NCBI GenBank assembly: GCA_918797485.1
Contig: CAKKNE010000002.1
Location: forward strand, 4,712,001-4,776,000
Reading direction: 5' to 3'
DNA: 64,000 nt
Source of the DNA: Pelagomonas calceolata
Lineage: Eukaryota
Under the pieces are notes generated by a model. That model searched no databases and was not told where the DNA came from. It worked only from the letters and a program-made list of their open reading frames with translations. The position numbers and the translations under genes were made by a program. Numbering within the stretch: position 1 is the stretch's first letter; each line of letters starts with the position of its first letter. This document shows positions 20,286 to 31,300 of this stretch, piece after piece.

Positions 20286-21764
20286 ATGAGGCTGGCACGA
20301 CACATTCGACGGCGCACCGATGCCGTACGCAGCTTCAGCGCACCAACCATGCCTGTGGCCAAGCGCCACGACTGGCTGTCCACGCTCGAAGACGCCGACG
20401 TCGCAAATCTCAATGCGCGCTGCTCGAAGATTATCGAAGGCGCCGACGCGAAGCCGTATAATCGTGATTGGATGGACAAATGTGAAGGCAAAGCTAGAAT
20501 AGTAGCGCAGCCGGCGACGACGGAGGAAGTCTCCGCAGTATTGGCGTACTGCAACGAAAAACGACTGGCGGTGACGACGCAGGGCGGCAAGACGGGCCTG
20601 GTCGGCGGTAGTGTCCCGGTGCACGACGAGGTCATCCTGTCGACGACGCGGTTAAATACAATAGAAGGTTTGGACAAGGACACGGGCGTTGTGACCTGCG
20701 GCGCGGGCGTCGTCCTGGAGACGCTCGACGCCTATCTGCGAGAGCACGACTTCGTGGCTCCCTTGGATTTGGGCGCGGCGGGCACGTGTACCATTGGAGG
20801 CAACCTCGCGACGAACGCCGGCGGCGTGCGCTTCGTACGCTATGGCTCATTACGAGGCGCCTGCGTTGGATTGGAGTTCGTGAAGGCCGACGGCACGGTC
20901 GTCGACTGCGCGCGGACGTCGCTGCGCAAGGACAACACCGGTTATGCCTTACCGCAGCTGTTGATCGGGTCGGAGGGCACACTGGGCGTCATCACGAAAT
21001 GTTGTATAGCGTGTCCCTCGTTGTCACCTTTCGTCAACGTCGCGTGGCTCGCTTGTAACAGCTTCGATGAAGTGAGGAAAGTGCTGACGACCGCACGTAG
21101 TACGTTGGGTGAGATTCTGAGTGCGGTGGAGTTCCTGGATCGCGGGGCGTTGGATGCTACCCTTAGAGCCCATCCGGACATCGAGGACCCGCTAGAAACG
21201 GATGCCCCGTTCCGCGTGCTCGTCGAGACGGCGGGATGCGACGCGACGCACGACGCGGCGAAGCTGGAGCGGTTCCTCGAGGCCATCGACGTCGAGGACG
21301 GCTGCGTCGCTCCAACAACCTCAGCGATGAACGCGTTGTGGACGCTCCGCGAGGGCGTCTCCGACGCGATGACCTCACGAGGCTTCGTTTATAAATACGA
21401 CGTGTCCCTGCCTCCTTCCACTTTATATGACCTCGTTGAGAAGACTACGGAAAGGCTGGAGCATTTGGACGTCGACGTCGCGGGGTATGGACATGTGGGC
21501 GATGCGAACCTCCATTTGAACGTCTGCGACGTGACGGGGTATAGAGAAGAGGTCCACGCTCTACTGGAACCGTGGGTTTATGAAGAAGTGGCCCGTTCAA
21601 GGGGGTCCATCAGCGCGGAGCACGGCGTCGGCCAGTGCAAGCCCGAGTACTTGCATTTGAACAAGTCTGTTGAGGCGATGGACCTGATGGGGTCTTTGAA
21701 AAAAGTGATGGACCCTCATCTCATCTTGAACCCGTACAAGGTGCTGCCGGCTTCGGTTTTGTAA
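20286..21764 (+). CDS. D2HGDH: D-2-hydroxyglutarate dehydrogenase (FAD-linked, mitochondrial-type)
   Basis: QGGKTGLVGGSVP, LRKDNTGY, IGSEGTLG, GHVGDANLH, GSISAEHGVG; Arg-rich presequence. Confidence 0.9.
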   Translation: MRLARHIRRRTDAVRSFSAPTMPVAKRHDWLSTLEDADVANLNARCSKIIEGADAKPYNRDWMDKCEGKARIVAQPATTEEVSAVLAYCNEKRLAVTTQGGKTGLVGGSVPVHDEVILSTTRLNTIEGLDKDTGVVTCGAGVVLETLDAYLREHDFVAPLDLGAAGTCTIGGNLATNAGGVRFVRYGSLRGACVGLEFVKADGTVVDCARTSLRKDNTGYALPQLLIGSEGTLGVITKCCIACPSLSPFVNVAWLACNSFDEVRKVLTTARSTLGEILSAVEFLDRGALDATLRAHPDIEDPLETDAPFRVLVETAGCDATHDAAKLERFLEAIDVEDGCVAPTTSAMNALWTLREGVSDAMTSRGFVYKYDVSLPPSTLYDLVEKTTERLEHLDVDVAGYGHVGDANLHLNVCDVTGYREEVHALLEPWVYEEVARSRGSISAEHGVGQCKPEYLHLNKSVEAMDLMGSLKKVMDPHLILNPYKVLPASVL

Positions 21765-22063
21765 GTGAGATTTTGTTTGTGCTTTTCCTTTGACAGTCTG
21801 TCATGTGATTGTTACGGTGCTAGGACTAGTGGGCGGAGCCCCTGGGGGGGAGTGTTACCGCGCGTCTAGAGCGCACGGCGCGGTGGCTAGTTCCTTTTTC
21901 CGCCATTGCTGCATGAGTTCCAGCTACGCCTCCGGACGCGTTGCTGCGGCGTGCGGCGTCGGCGTCAGAGGGCCTCAAGTGTGCAACTTTTGGACTCAGT
22001 TCGACGACTGCCACGCTGTTCGCGCCGTACACCTCGCACAAGCAGACATTTGTCGCAAGCATC

Positions 22064-22861
22064 ATGGTTCGCACGCTTAAAACAGCTCTCCTGCTCGGTG
22101 CCAGCAGCTCCGCGTTACTCGTGCCCGGCAAGCCGCGCACCAAGACGCTGCGCTTCGTGGAGGTCGCGGAGCGCATCTCGACTTCGGAGGACAAAGCCGA
22201 GACGTTCGAGACTGCGGACTACTTGCAGGACATGGACCGATACGAAGGAAAAAACAACGTGATACCCACGGGGTTCGACGTGAACGCCGCCATCGACGCG
22301 GCGGCGACCGAGTCGACGACGTTCATCGACGTGGTCGTTGAGGAGACCGTGGCGAAGGTCGCGGAGGAACGCAAGGACGAGGCCGCGGCCGACGCTGTCG
22401 CGAGTGTCGAGAAGAAACTCGAGGAGAAGCTCGAGACCACTATGGACAAGATCGAGGCCGCCGCGGTGCCGATGGAAGAGATCGAGGTCGGCCCGGTCGG
22501 CGAGTTCCTCATTAAATGGGGCTTCAAGGACGACCCAAGGATCCCTGAGGACGAGCGCGTGCCTGCGATGCAGAGAATCAAGGATAGCGGCAAGGCCGGT
22601 GTGATCGCCTACGCTCTCACCGAAGGTGCGTTCTGGATCGGCTCGGTGCCGTTCGCGATCGCGGCGGTCACGCTCGCGACGGGATCGTTCCCGGACATCG
22701 CCTCGGACGAGGGCAAGGCCGCCATCGGTGCCGACGCGTTCATCTTCATCAATTTCGCACGCCTCATTGTGCCGGCCCGCATCGCGTTCGCGCTGGGCCT
22801 GGCACCGTGGGTCGACGAGAACATCGTCAAGAAGTTCGGCGGCGACGAGAAGGAGGAGTAG
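22064..22861 (+). CDS. Probable plastid-targeted membrane protein of unknown function
   Basis: Signal-like MVRTLKTALLLGASSSALL; acidic middle; two C-terminal hydrophobic segments. Confidence 0.7.
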   Translation: MVRTLKTALLLGASSSALLVPGKPRTKTLRFVEVAERISTSEDKAETFETADYLQDMDRYEGKNNVIPTGFDVNAAIDAAATESTTFIDVVVEETVAKVAEERKDEAAADAVASVEKKLEEKLETTMDKIEAAAVPMEEIEVGPVGEFLIKWGFKDDPRIPEDERVPAMQRIKDSGKAGVIAYALTEGAFWIGSVPFAIAAVTLATGSFPDIASDEGKAAIGADAFIFINFARLIVPARIAFALGLAPWVDENIVKKFGGDEKEE

Positions 22862-22987
22862 GCGGCCGCGTCTGCCCAAGAAAGCCGAGCGAGGCGTGTA
22901 ATTTGATTTTTATGTGATTTGATGTCTCTTCTTGCTTGCCACTAGCTCCAACGCCATAGAAATTACTGGTTTGCGCGTTCATGCTTA

Positions 22988-23014
22988 GCTAGCGGCTGTG
23001 TGACACTAGCAAGC
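22988..23014 (-). promoter_or_regulatory. Conserved double-CTAG upstream motif, copy 3
   Basis: Minus strand gcttgctagtgtcacacagccgctagc, ~230 bp upstream of ATG 23243. Confidence 0.55.
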
Positions 23015-23242
23015 TCTCCGACGAGCTTGAGCCTCGGCTCGTTCCCAGCTGTTCCCGGGCGCATACCTGGCCGAGAGTCGACAGTATTGCACAAACGGTC
23101 TACGACATCTCGCTGCGCGAACGTGTGGGCAACTCTTGTGCCAGTTAAGCCATTGCAGGCACCGCACTCGAACTAGCCGCAGCCGGATACGCAGCCGCAT
23201 TGATCGAAAAGCAGCCGGATAGGTAGCCGCATCGATCAAAAA

Positions 23243-25644
23243 ATGCGCAGATTCCTACTTCTAGCACTCACCGCAGCCAGCGCGCATGGCAAGAAAGCGG
23301 TGATAGGCTTCGACATCGGCACCGAGAGCGTGCGAGCTGGTTTATTCGACGCCCAGTCGGGGGAACTCCTCGCCACGAAGTCACACCCGCACGAGACGCG
23401 GTTCCCGCAGCCCGGCTACGCCGAGCAGTCTCCCTCAGATTGGTGGGCCGGCATGGGCGAGGCCTGTCGAGCAGTCGTGCAGGAGTGCGCCGATGTTGAT
23501 GTGGTAGCGATCTGCCTCGCGGCGACGTCGTGCACGGTCGTGGCTTGTGGTGAAGACGGCGCGCCGCTGCGCGACTGTCTCCTGTGGATGGACCAGCGGG
23601 CGGCCGCGGAGAGCGACGAGATTTTACGGCTCGGCGACGGCGACGCCGCGCTCAACGTCAACGCGCAGGGCAAAGGGCCCATCTCCGCGGAGTGGATGCT
23701 TCCGAAAGCCTTGTGGCTCAAGAAGCACGAACCTGAAATCTATGCCGCCGCCAACGTAATCTGCGAGTGCCAGGACTGGCTCAACCACAAGTGCACCGAC
23801 ACATGGGTCGCGGGCGGCTGCAACGTGGCGACGCGCTGGCACTGCGACGGCAAGGCGGCGTGCGAGGAAGTCGAGAACGGCCGGTTCGGCGGCCGGCCGT
23901 CGGAATTACTACGTAGGTGCGGTCTCGAGGCCCTGGAGGAGAAGTGGCCGCGGACGTGCGTCGCGATGGGCCAGCCGGCGGGCGCGCTCACGGCCGCCGC
24001 CGCGGCACACCTAGGGCTGAAAGAAAACACACCGGTCTCGCAGGGCGGCGCCGACGCCTTCGTGGGACTCGTGGGCCTGGGCACCGCGACGCGCGGCGGC
24101 GTCGGCGTCATCACCGGGTCTTCAAGTCTACACCTGGCCGTGGCGCCCGCGCCGCCGAAGGGCCCGCCGCGGGGCGCGCCCGGCGTCTGGGGCCCCTACC
24201 GCGGCGCGCCGCTGGCGGACCTGGCCATGTCCGAGGGCGGCCAGTCGACGACTGGTGCAGCTTTACAGTGGGCGCGGCGCATCTTCGGGGACGCGTCCTT
24301 CGACGACCTCGAGGCCGAAGCTTCAAAACTGCCGGTCGGCGCCGAAGGTTGTGCTGCATTGGAGACGTTCCAGGGCGCGCGGACGCCCGAGACGGACCCC
24401 AAGGCGCGCGGGGCGCTCTACGGTTTGACGCTCAAGCACGGCCGCGGCCACGTCTGGCGGGCGCTGCTCGAGGCAACGGCGCTTGGTACTCGCGCGAGCG
24501 TCGACGCACTTACGCAAAATGGGCCAAAGGAAGATCTTGCGCTGTCCGGCGGCGCGACGCGGTCCAAGCTCTGGCTCCAGATGCACGCCGACGCCTGCGG
24601 CCGCGACGTTGTTGTCTGTGTGGCAGTCAAATTTCAGGCCGTTATCCCGTCACTGAAGGTCCCTGAACACAGGTTATAATCGGCGAGTCGGCCGAGGCGC
24701 CTTTATTAGGTTGCGCCGTGCTCGCGAGCGCGCTCGCGGGCGTCCACCCTACTATAAGCGAGGCGGTCGAGGCCATGGTCCGGCCGGCGCGGCGCATCAA
24801 GCCCGACGCCGATGCGGCAAAGGCCTTCGATGCCTTGTACGACCGCGTCTACCGCCACGGCTTCTCGGCGCTCAAGCCGCTGTCGCACCGAACCTCGACT
24901 GAGGCAACCGCTGCATCCGACGATCGAAGAGGCGTCGTCGCCGCGTCACTCCTCGCGGCCGACGCCGGGCATTTAGGAGATGCGGCCGACGCCGTGCTAC
25001 ACGCCGGCGCCGACTGGCTCCACGTGGATATTTTCGACGGTTCGAAGGCGTCGAACGGCGCCCTGTCGTCGATGGGGCCCCAGACCGTGAAGGCGTTGCG
25101 GCGGCGGCTTCCAGACGCCTATTTAGACGTACATGTTGGCTGCCGCGACCCTTCGGCTGTTGTCGAGACGCTCCTCGCGGACGGCTGTTCCAGCGGGCTC
25201 ACGTTCCAGTTCGAGTCCTGCGCGAGTCTGGATGCGGCCAAGGCGCTCGCCGGCGAGATAAGGCAGGGCGGGTGTGATGTTGGTATCTGCCTGGCGCCGG
25301 AGACGCCAATCTCCGCCATAACGTCACTCCTGGACGCGGGGCTCGTGGACATGGTCGACGTGTTGGCCGTCGCACCGGGCCGCGGCGGCCAGTCGTTTGA
25401 TGGTGCCGCGGCCCTGCCGAAGCTGCGCGCGCTCCGCGAGAAGTACCCGGGCCTGCGGCTCCAGGTCGACGGCGGCATCGATGCGACGACCGCGCCGGAT
25501 GCCGTGGAGGCTGGCGCGGACGTCCTGGTCGCGGGGTCGTATATCTTCCGGGCGGGAGACGCTGCCGAGGCCGTAGCAGCTCTGCGCGAGGCGTTTCCTT
25601 CCGAGACGTCGCCGCGGGAAAAACGGTGGCCTTGGCAGAGATAA
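23243..25644 (+). CDS. FGGY pentulose (ribulo)kinase fused to ribulose-phosphate 3-epimerase; exons 23243-24607 and 24673-25644 (778 aa)
   Basis: GFDIGTESVR, LLWMDQRA, FQGARTP, SGGATRS (FGGY); ASLLAAD, HVDIFDG, LDVHV, PGRGGQSF, QVDGGI, LVAGS (RPE); 65-nt intron joins both in frame. Confidence 0.85.
24616..24672 (+). mobile_element. Short degenerate introner (intron 24608-24672)
   Basis: Left end ctgtgtggcagtcaaatttcagg, right end aacacag; TSD GTTGTTGT vs GTTATAAT. Confidence 0.7.
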
Positions 25645-25651
25645 ATTAGAA

Positions 25652-26680
25652 TTAGTGAATAGATGCCGACACGGCCCCTCGCTTCTTCATGCCGAAGACA
25701 CGCCGTCCCCGCCGCCGCACGGATCTGGCGGCGGGGTTGCTTGCACCGGAGTATAGCTCTTCCAAGGCACCAGGCGGCGCCGACGAGAACAGCAGCCCCG
25801 AGGGCTTGCCGTGCTTGCGCACCGTCGCTAACGCCTTCCTTCGCAAGGCGGCGTCGACGTCGCCAGGGGTGCACGTGGCGAGGTCCCGCGGCGCGATCGC
25901 GGGCGTATCGGAGAAGCATCCGGCGTTGACGGCTATGTTCATAGGCGTCATAAAATTCTGGAGCATCATGACCATGAGGGCGAACATGAGCGCGGACAGG
26001 CCAAGCATCACACCGCTGTCCGACGCGACGCAGACCGCCAGCGCGAAGAAGAACGACGACGCGTAGAACATGAGTACGATAAAGACGTTCGGAATCATGA
26101 GGCAGTTTGTGACGCTCGACGAGCGCACAAACGCTGGTAAATTTGTATCGGAGACGGGCGCGAGCATGACGAGTACGAGGTAGACGGCGCCGATGACGAG
26201 CCAGCTGAACACTATCGATAGCCATCCCACGACGACGAGCCAGAACCGGGCCTTCGCCGGCTCTACCTGGCGCACCGCTTCGTAGGCGTCCTCGTCCACG
26301 GCACTGAGGAAAATCGTCCAGTTCACGCCGAGCATCAATGCCGCAAAAATAATCTCGGTCTCGTACGTCGAGCTGAGTCCGTCGCGTAGACTCGCGGCGT
26401 CGTACTGCTTCGAGCAGGCCAGATGTTGCCGCCACTCCAAATTGTGGTCCTTCGGGATATTGCCCATCTTTTCGAGCAGCGTGAACGCCTCGCTCCAGAA
26501 GGTCATGTAGCCGATGCCGCCCTTCACGGGAATCGCATCGTCGCCCGCTTCCTCGAACGCATCGGATGCGTCGTCTCCAGCGATCACCGCCGCCTTGGCG
26601 TGCGTGAACTCCTGGTCGGTCAGCACGCCCTTGGCCTTGAGCTCGGCCAGTTTTTCGATCTCCGACGCGAGCGAGGCCAT
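25652..26680 (-). CDS. SHOCT-domain multi-pass membrane protein
   Basis: EIEKLAELKAKGVLTDQEFTHAK plus about 4 hydrophobic helices. Confidence 0.8.
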   Translation of the reverse strand: MASLASEIEKLAELKAKGVLTDQEFTHAKAAVIAGDDASDAFEEAGDDAIPVKGGIGYMTFWSEAFTLLEKMGNIPKDHNLEWRQHLACSKQYDAASLRDGLSSTYETEIIFAALMLGVNWTIFLSAVDEDAYEAVRQVEPAKARFWLVVVGWLSIVFSWLVIGAVYLVLVMLAPVSDTNLPAFVRSSSVTNCLMIPNVFIVLMFYASSFFFALAVCVASDSGVMLGLSALMFALMVMMLQNFMTPMNIAVNAGCFSDTPAIAPRDLATCTPGDVDAALRRKALATVRKHGKPSGLLFSSAPPGALEELYSGASNPAARSVRRRGRRVFGMKKRGAVSASIH

Positions 26681-26979
26681 TATGGCTGCCCTGAGACGCT
26701 GCCCTGTTCGCTGGTCTGCGCCAGCGATCGATTACTGAGTCTGCAGCAGCTTCGCACTACGCGTGCACAGCGCTACGGTGTGGCGCGTGCGATGGGCAGC
26801 GTTTTGTAGCAGGTGCGGCCGGCAGCCGCAGCGGCAGTCGGGGTCTCCGGCGTTTGAATCCTCGGATGGCTGTAGTCTACGCGCTGCAGTCGATGCGGCG
26901 CCTGGGCAGGGATGGAGGGCTATTTCCCGTTTGTGGCTTCCCCACGGTCCTCGCCGCCGACGGCCCTACGATGTTGTAT

Positions 26980-27936
26980 TTAGGCCCCGCCCCCCTGGGC
27001 CCGGTGCACCTTGACCTGCAAGGCGGCCCCACCAGACCCGGCGTAGCCCGAGACGCCGCTCTTCAATTTCACCACATCCTTGTCCCGAAAAGAAGCCCCG
27101 GTCACGGGGCACCGCTTCTCCTCCAACACTTTCAACTTGCGCGCGACCGGCTCCAAGATGATGCAGCCCGTCGGCTTGATGAGCAGCACCTCCTGCGTCG
27201 TGATCTCGTCGCCAGACACGTGGCACAAGAATCTGACGTCGTGACCGTCGTTTTTATTTTGGGACGCCTTGCCGACTGACGATCGTCGTAAATCTAACGA
27301 AACTAAGTCCTTCGATCTGAGTTCAGCGCCGGTCACGGGCGACGGCGGCCGTCTGGGCGGTCGCGGCGGGATCTTTTTTTGGGCAGAGGGCTGCTGCGAC
27401 GGCAGCCAGAACGAAGTACGCGCCAAATCCGTTTTATGTTTGTCCTTGGCCTCGAAGTCAATTTTCTTGGACGTCTGCGCGACGACCAGAGCGTGGGAGC
27501 CTGTCGGGACCGCCTGGGCGAAGTTGGACTGCGAGTGTTCTGTACGTTGTCGTTTCGGTGCTGATGCACTTGTGGTAGCATCATTAGTCTGCTCGAACTC
27601 CAGCAACAACTGGCGGTCGTCCTCGGTGCGCTGCTGGCCCGCTTCTTTGGCCTCGCGCGCGCGGTCCGCGTCCCACTTGGCGCGCGCGGCCTTCAGCTCG
27701 TCGCCCTTGGAGACCATGTGCTCCAGCAGACTCTCGCGGGAGTAAATGTGGCCGGAGGGCGTGCAGACGGGGTCCTTTGCCGGTTGGAGCGACAGCGCGC
27801 ACCACCCGAAGGGCAACTGGGCGTCGGCGCCCGTGCGCTCGTCGATACTCGACATGAATGAACATTGCTTGCGCTCGCCATACGAAAAGACGCCGTAGGT
27901 GGACGAGCCATTGTTCTTGGAGTGCTTTTGGGGCAT
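26980..27936 (-). CDS. NOSIP: NOSIP (nitric oxide synthase-interacting protein) homolog
   Basis: HSKNN, PFGWCALSLQPAKDPVCTPSGHIY, SFWLP, C-terminal CPVT. Confidence 0.9.
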   Translation of the reverse strand: MPQKHSKNNGSSTYGVFSYGERKQCSFMSSIDERTGADAQLPFGWCALSLQPAKDPVCTPSGHIYSRESLLEHMVSKGDELKAARAKWDADRAREAKEAGQQRTEDDRQLLLEFEQTNDATTSASAPKRQRTEHSQSNFAQAVPTGSHALVVAQTSKKIDFEAKDKHKTDLARTSFWLPSQQPSAQKKIPPRPPRRPPSPVTGAELRSKDLVSLDLRRSSVGKASQNKNDGHDVRFLCHVSGDEITTQEVLLIKPTGCIILEPVARKLKVLEEKRCPVTGASFRDKDVVKLKSGVSGYAGSGGAALQVKVHRAQGGGA

Positions 27937-28126
27937 GGTTGCGTACGCGCGACGGCTGCGGGGCGTCTGGGCTAGCTAGGTGTAGTGCAGCTCCTGGAGC
28001 CCGCGGGCGTCTCAAATTACCTTTCGCGCAGCGAAGGGCGTCTCGTAGGCTGCTTTCAGCGAAGGCAGAGAGCCGTGCGAGTCTGTGCGAGCCTGCGTGG
28101 CGTTTTTTGCCGTGCAAAAAATAATG

Positions 28127-28153
28127 GCTAGCGGCATGTAAGACACTAGCAAG
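28127..28153 (-). promoter_or_regulatory. Conserved double-CTAG upstream motif, copy 4
   Basis: Minus strand cttgctagtgtcttacatgccgctagc, centred between divergent ATGs 27936 and 28344. Confidence 0.6.
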
Positions 28154-28343
28154 GTCGGACTCGCGGGCGCCTGCACAGCTCGATACGCAAGTGTTGCAAG
28201 GCCTTAGGCCGCTCGTGCACTCGTTTGATACCCAGCTTTCGGCGTGCAGCTCAACAGCTCTCAGAAAGGGCTTGCCGCCCAGCACTGCATAGTGCCCAAG
28301 CCAGCAAGCAAGAAAGGCGGCGCGGCGCGTCGGCGAGCAAGCA

Positions 28344-31300
28344 ATGGCCGACGACGACGTGCGCCTCACGCTACTAGCCGACTTCCGCCTCGCGCAGATC
28401 ACAACAGACCCGCAGAGCGCCGTCGCCGGCGCCGGCGTCGCCGTGCTCGACCGCCACGGCGTCGTCTGCGTCGGCGCGGGGCGCGAGATCGTTTGTGTGG
28501 AGGCGGCGGCGCTCGAGGCCGCCGCCTGGGCACGGTACGACGACTCTAAAAAATCGGGCGGCTCGAAGCGGCGCGAGGGCGCGGCGCCGCCTTCCCTGAC
28601 ACGCGCGGAGCTTGCCGGACCGTGCACGTGCTGCGCCGCTTCATCGGACGCCGCCGTCGTGGCCGCGGCGTCGAGTCAAGATGTTGCGGTCTTTGCGGTC
28701 GAGCGCGGGCCCTCGCTGCGACGCGTCCGCGCGACGCCCCATGCCAACGTGACGGCTCTGGCCGTCTCGGCCGACGGCGCCTGGGTCGCCGCGTCCACTT
28801 CCACCAAAACGACCGTCTTCAAGGTCGATGGAGGCGGCGACATGGAGCTGGACGGCTCCCACGCGGCCTTCCGCGGAGCCAAGCTCGCCGTGGCCTCGAG
28901 CGAGGGCGTCGTGACCTACGCTTTGGCCAACGACGTCTGGCGCGAGGAGGGCCGCGTGGGTGCGGACGCCGACTCGCTGGGCGACGACGACGCGCGGTCA
29001 CCACATTTCGTGCGCTGGCTCGACGACGCGAGAATTTTACTAGGCTTCCGCCATACGGAAGATGCCCTGGCGCGGGCCATCGTCGTCGACGTCTCCAGTA
29101 AAACGGTGACGACCTACGCGGCGGATTTAGGTGACACGGTCGTCGCGTTTTTTGATCGGGAGGCGCCTGGTTCTCCACATACCTTCTTCGCCGCGTCATC
29201 TAGGAGTGGCTTGTGTCTGGTCGCCTGCAATTTGAGCAGGGACGTCGGCGTGGTACGGGAGGACCCCGAGCAACCTGGTGCTTATTATTTACATGAGGCC
29301 TACGACGAGGCGGCGCTCGTGTGTCAGACGCCCTGCCAGTCGTTCCAGGGCGACGAGCGCGAGACGCTGGTCGCGGGGCTGGGGGTGCTGGCGACGGGCG
29401 TGGCGCGGGCGGCGCCGCCCGCGGACCCTTCGCTGCCTGTGCCGCCCGACGCGCCGCCGGCGGCGCTCGTCGTGCTGCTGTCGACGGCGGGGCTCCTCTC
29501 GTGCTACGCGCTGGCCGACGACGAGCGGCCGGCTTCTAGGGTCGCCGCCGCGCCGCTGCCGGCGCCTTCCGCCGCCGCCGCGACGTCGAGCTATCCGCCG
29601 ATGCCTTCCAAACCACCGAGCAAGCTGCCCTTCGGCGCGCCCGCCCCGGCGCCCGCGCCGGCGTTCTCCTTCGGCGGCGCGGCCGCGGCGAAGCCCTCGT
29701 TCTCCTTCGCGGCGCCCGCGCCCGCACCCGCCGCCGCGGCGAAGTCGGGCTACCCGCCCATGCCCACGAAAGCGCCGAGCAAATTACCCTTTGGGGCGCC
29801 GGCGCCCGCCGCCGCGGCGAAGTCGAGCTACCCGCCCATGCCCACGAAAGCGCCGAGCAAATTACCCTTCGGCGCGCCGGCGCCCGCTGCCGCGAAATCG
29901 GCCTACCCGCCGATGCCCACGAAAGCGCCGAGCAAGCTTCCGTTCGGCGCGCCCGCGCCCGCTGCCGCGAAATCGGCCTACCCGCCGATGCCCACGAAAG
30001 CGCCGAGCAAATTACCCTTTGGGGCGCCGGCGCCAGCCGCCGCGGCAAAATCGAGCTACCCGCCGATGCCCACAAAAGCTCCCAGCAAGCTACCCTTTGG
30101 ATCTCCTGCGCCGGCCGCCGCGAAGCCGTCCTCGGGCTACCCGCCGATGCCCACGAAGGCTCCCAGCAAGCTTCCGTTCGGCGCGCCCGCGCCCGCGCCG
30201 GCCGCGAAGCCGGCGACCTTCGGCTTCGGCAGTCCCGCGGCCGCACCGGCGCCTGCGAAATCGGCCTACCCGCCGATGCCCACGAAGGCTCCCAGCAAGC
30301 TCCCCTTTGGAGCACCTGCGCCGGCGCCAGCGGCGAAGCCGGCGGGGTTCGGCAGTCCCGCGCCGGCCGCGCCGACGACGCAAGAGGACCTACCCCCCGG
30401 CTGGTCCCTGCAAGTCCCCAAAGACGCGGAAGAGGCCGAGAAGTGGCGCGTCTGCCTCGAGATGGAGCAGGCCATGAGTGCCATGAGAAAAGAATTACAA
30501 ATCGCGAAGGCAGCCATCGCCCCGCAATTGAAAAAGGGCCAAGAAGATTTACGGAAGGAACGGGCGTTGTTGGCCGAAGCTAGAACAACTGCTCTCGCAT
30601 TAGAAGCGCAGGAGCGCGAGTTCGGCGAAGCGAGGGCCGCATTGCTCGGTTCCGTGGAAACGGCCCAGCGCCAGAACGAAGAGACGCGGGCCAATCTAGA
30701 TATCGCCGAGGGCATGATGGCCGACTGCACCGATGAACAATTGAAGAAGAAGGCCAAGGACTGGGAGGAGGTCCTCAAGCACCAGGAGTTGGACGCGGCC
30801 AGTCAGCGGCAGCTAGATAAACTTACGAAACTATCAAGTGAGGTCGCCGACAAGTTGGCCGAGGTGTCTTTGGTGAACTCGCACCGAGAAGCTTTGTCAA
30901 AACAAGCCGATGTGGGAGACACGTCCTTCTTCGGGTCTCCTCGAGACGCGCCCTCGTTCGGGACCGCTCGAGTGAAAAGTTCGTCGCAGAACGACGCCGC
31001 CGCGTTTTTGCGGAGAGTCCGGGCGACCTACGAGCAGACGCTGCAGTTGCAGGAAGTTATTATTCCTTCATTGGATAAGAGGTGGGACGCGGCCTGTGCT
31101 GAGAGGGACAGGCTCAAAGCCCTCAAGACCGATTTGTCGCCCGAGATCGAGGCGGCCATGAAACGCGATTGTGAGGCGCGCAAGGGCATCGAACCGCCCC
31201 CTCTCGAACCCTGGGAGCAGGCCTTCATCAAAATGTGTCAGGAGAACACGCCTCCCATTGTAAGGGATTGCCGACCAATGCACCAACGGACCAAACCTAT

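Noticed and set aside
20286..25644. Metabolic gene cluster (D2HGDH with kinase-epimerase)
   Set aside because: Different predicted compartments, an unrelated gene between them and no pathway link
29587..30310. Regular repeats resembling a CRISPR array
   Set aside because: In-frame coding repeats with synonymous variation; no unique spacers, no cas genes, eukaryotic context
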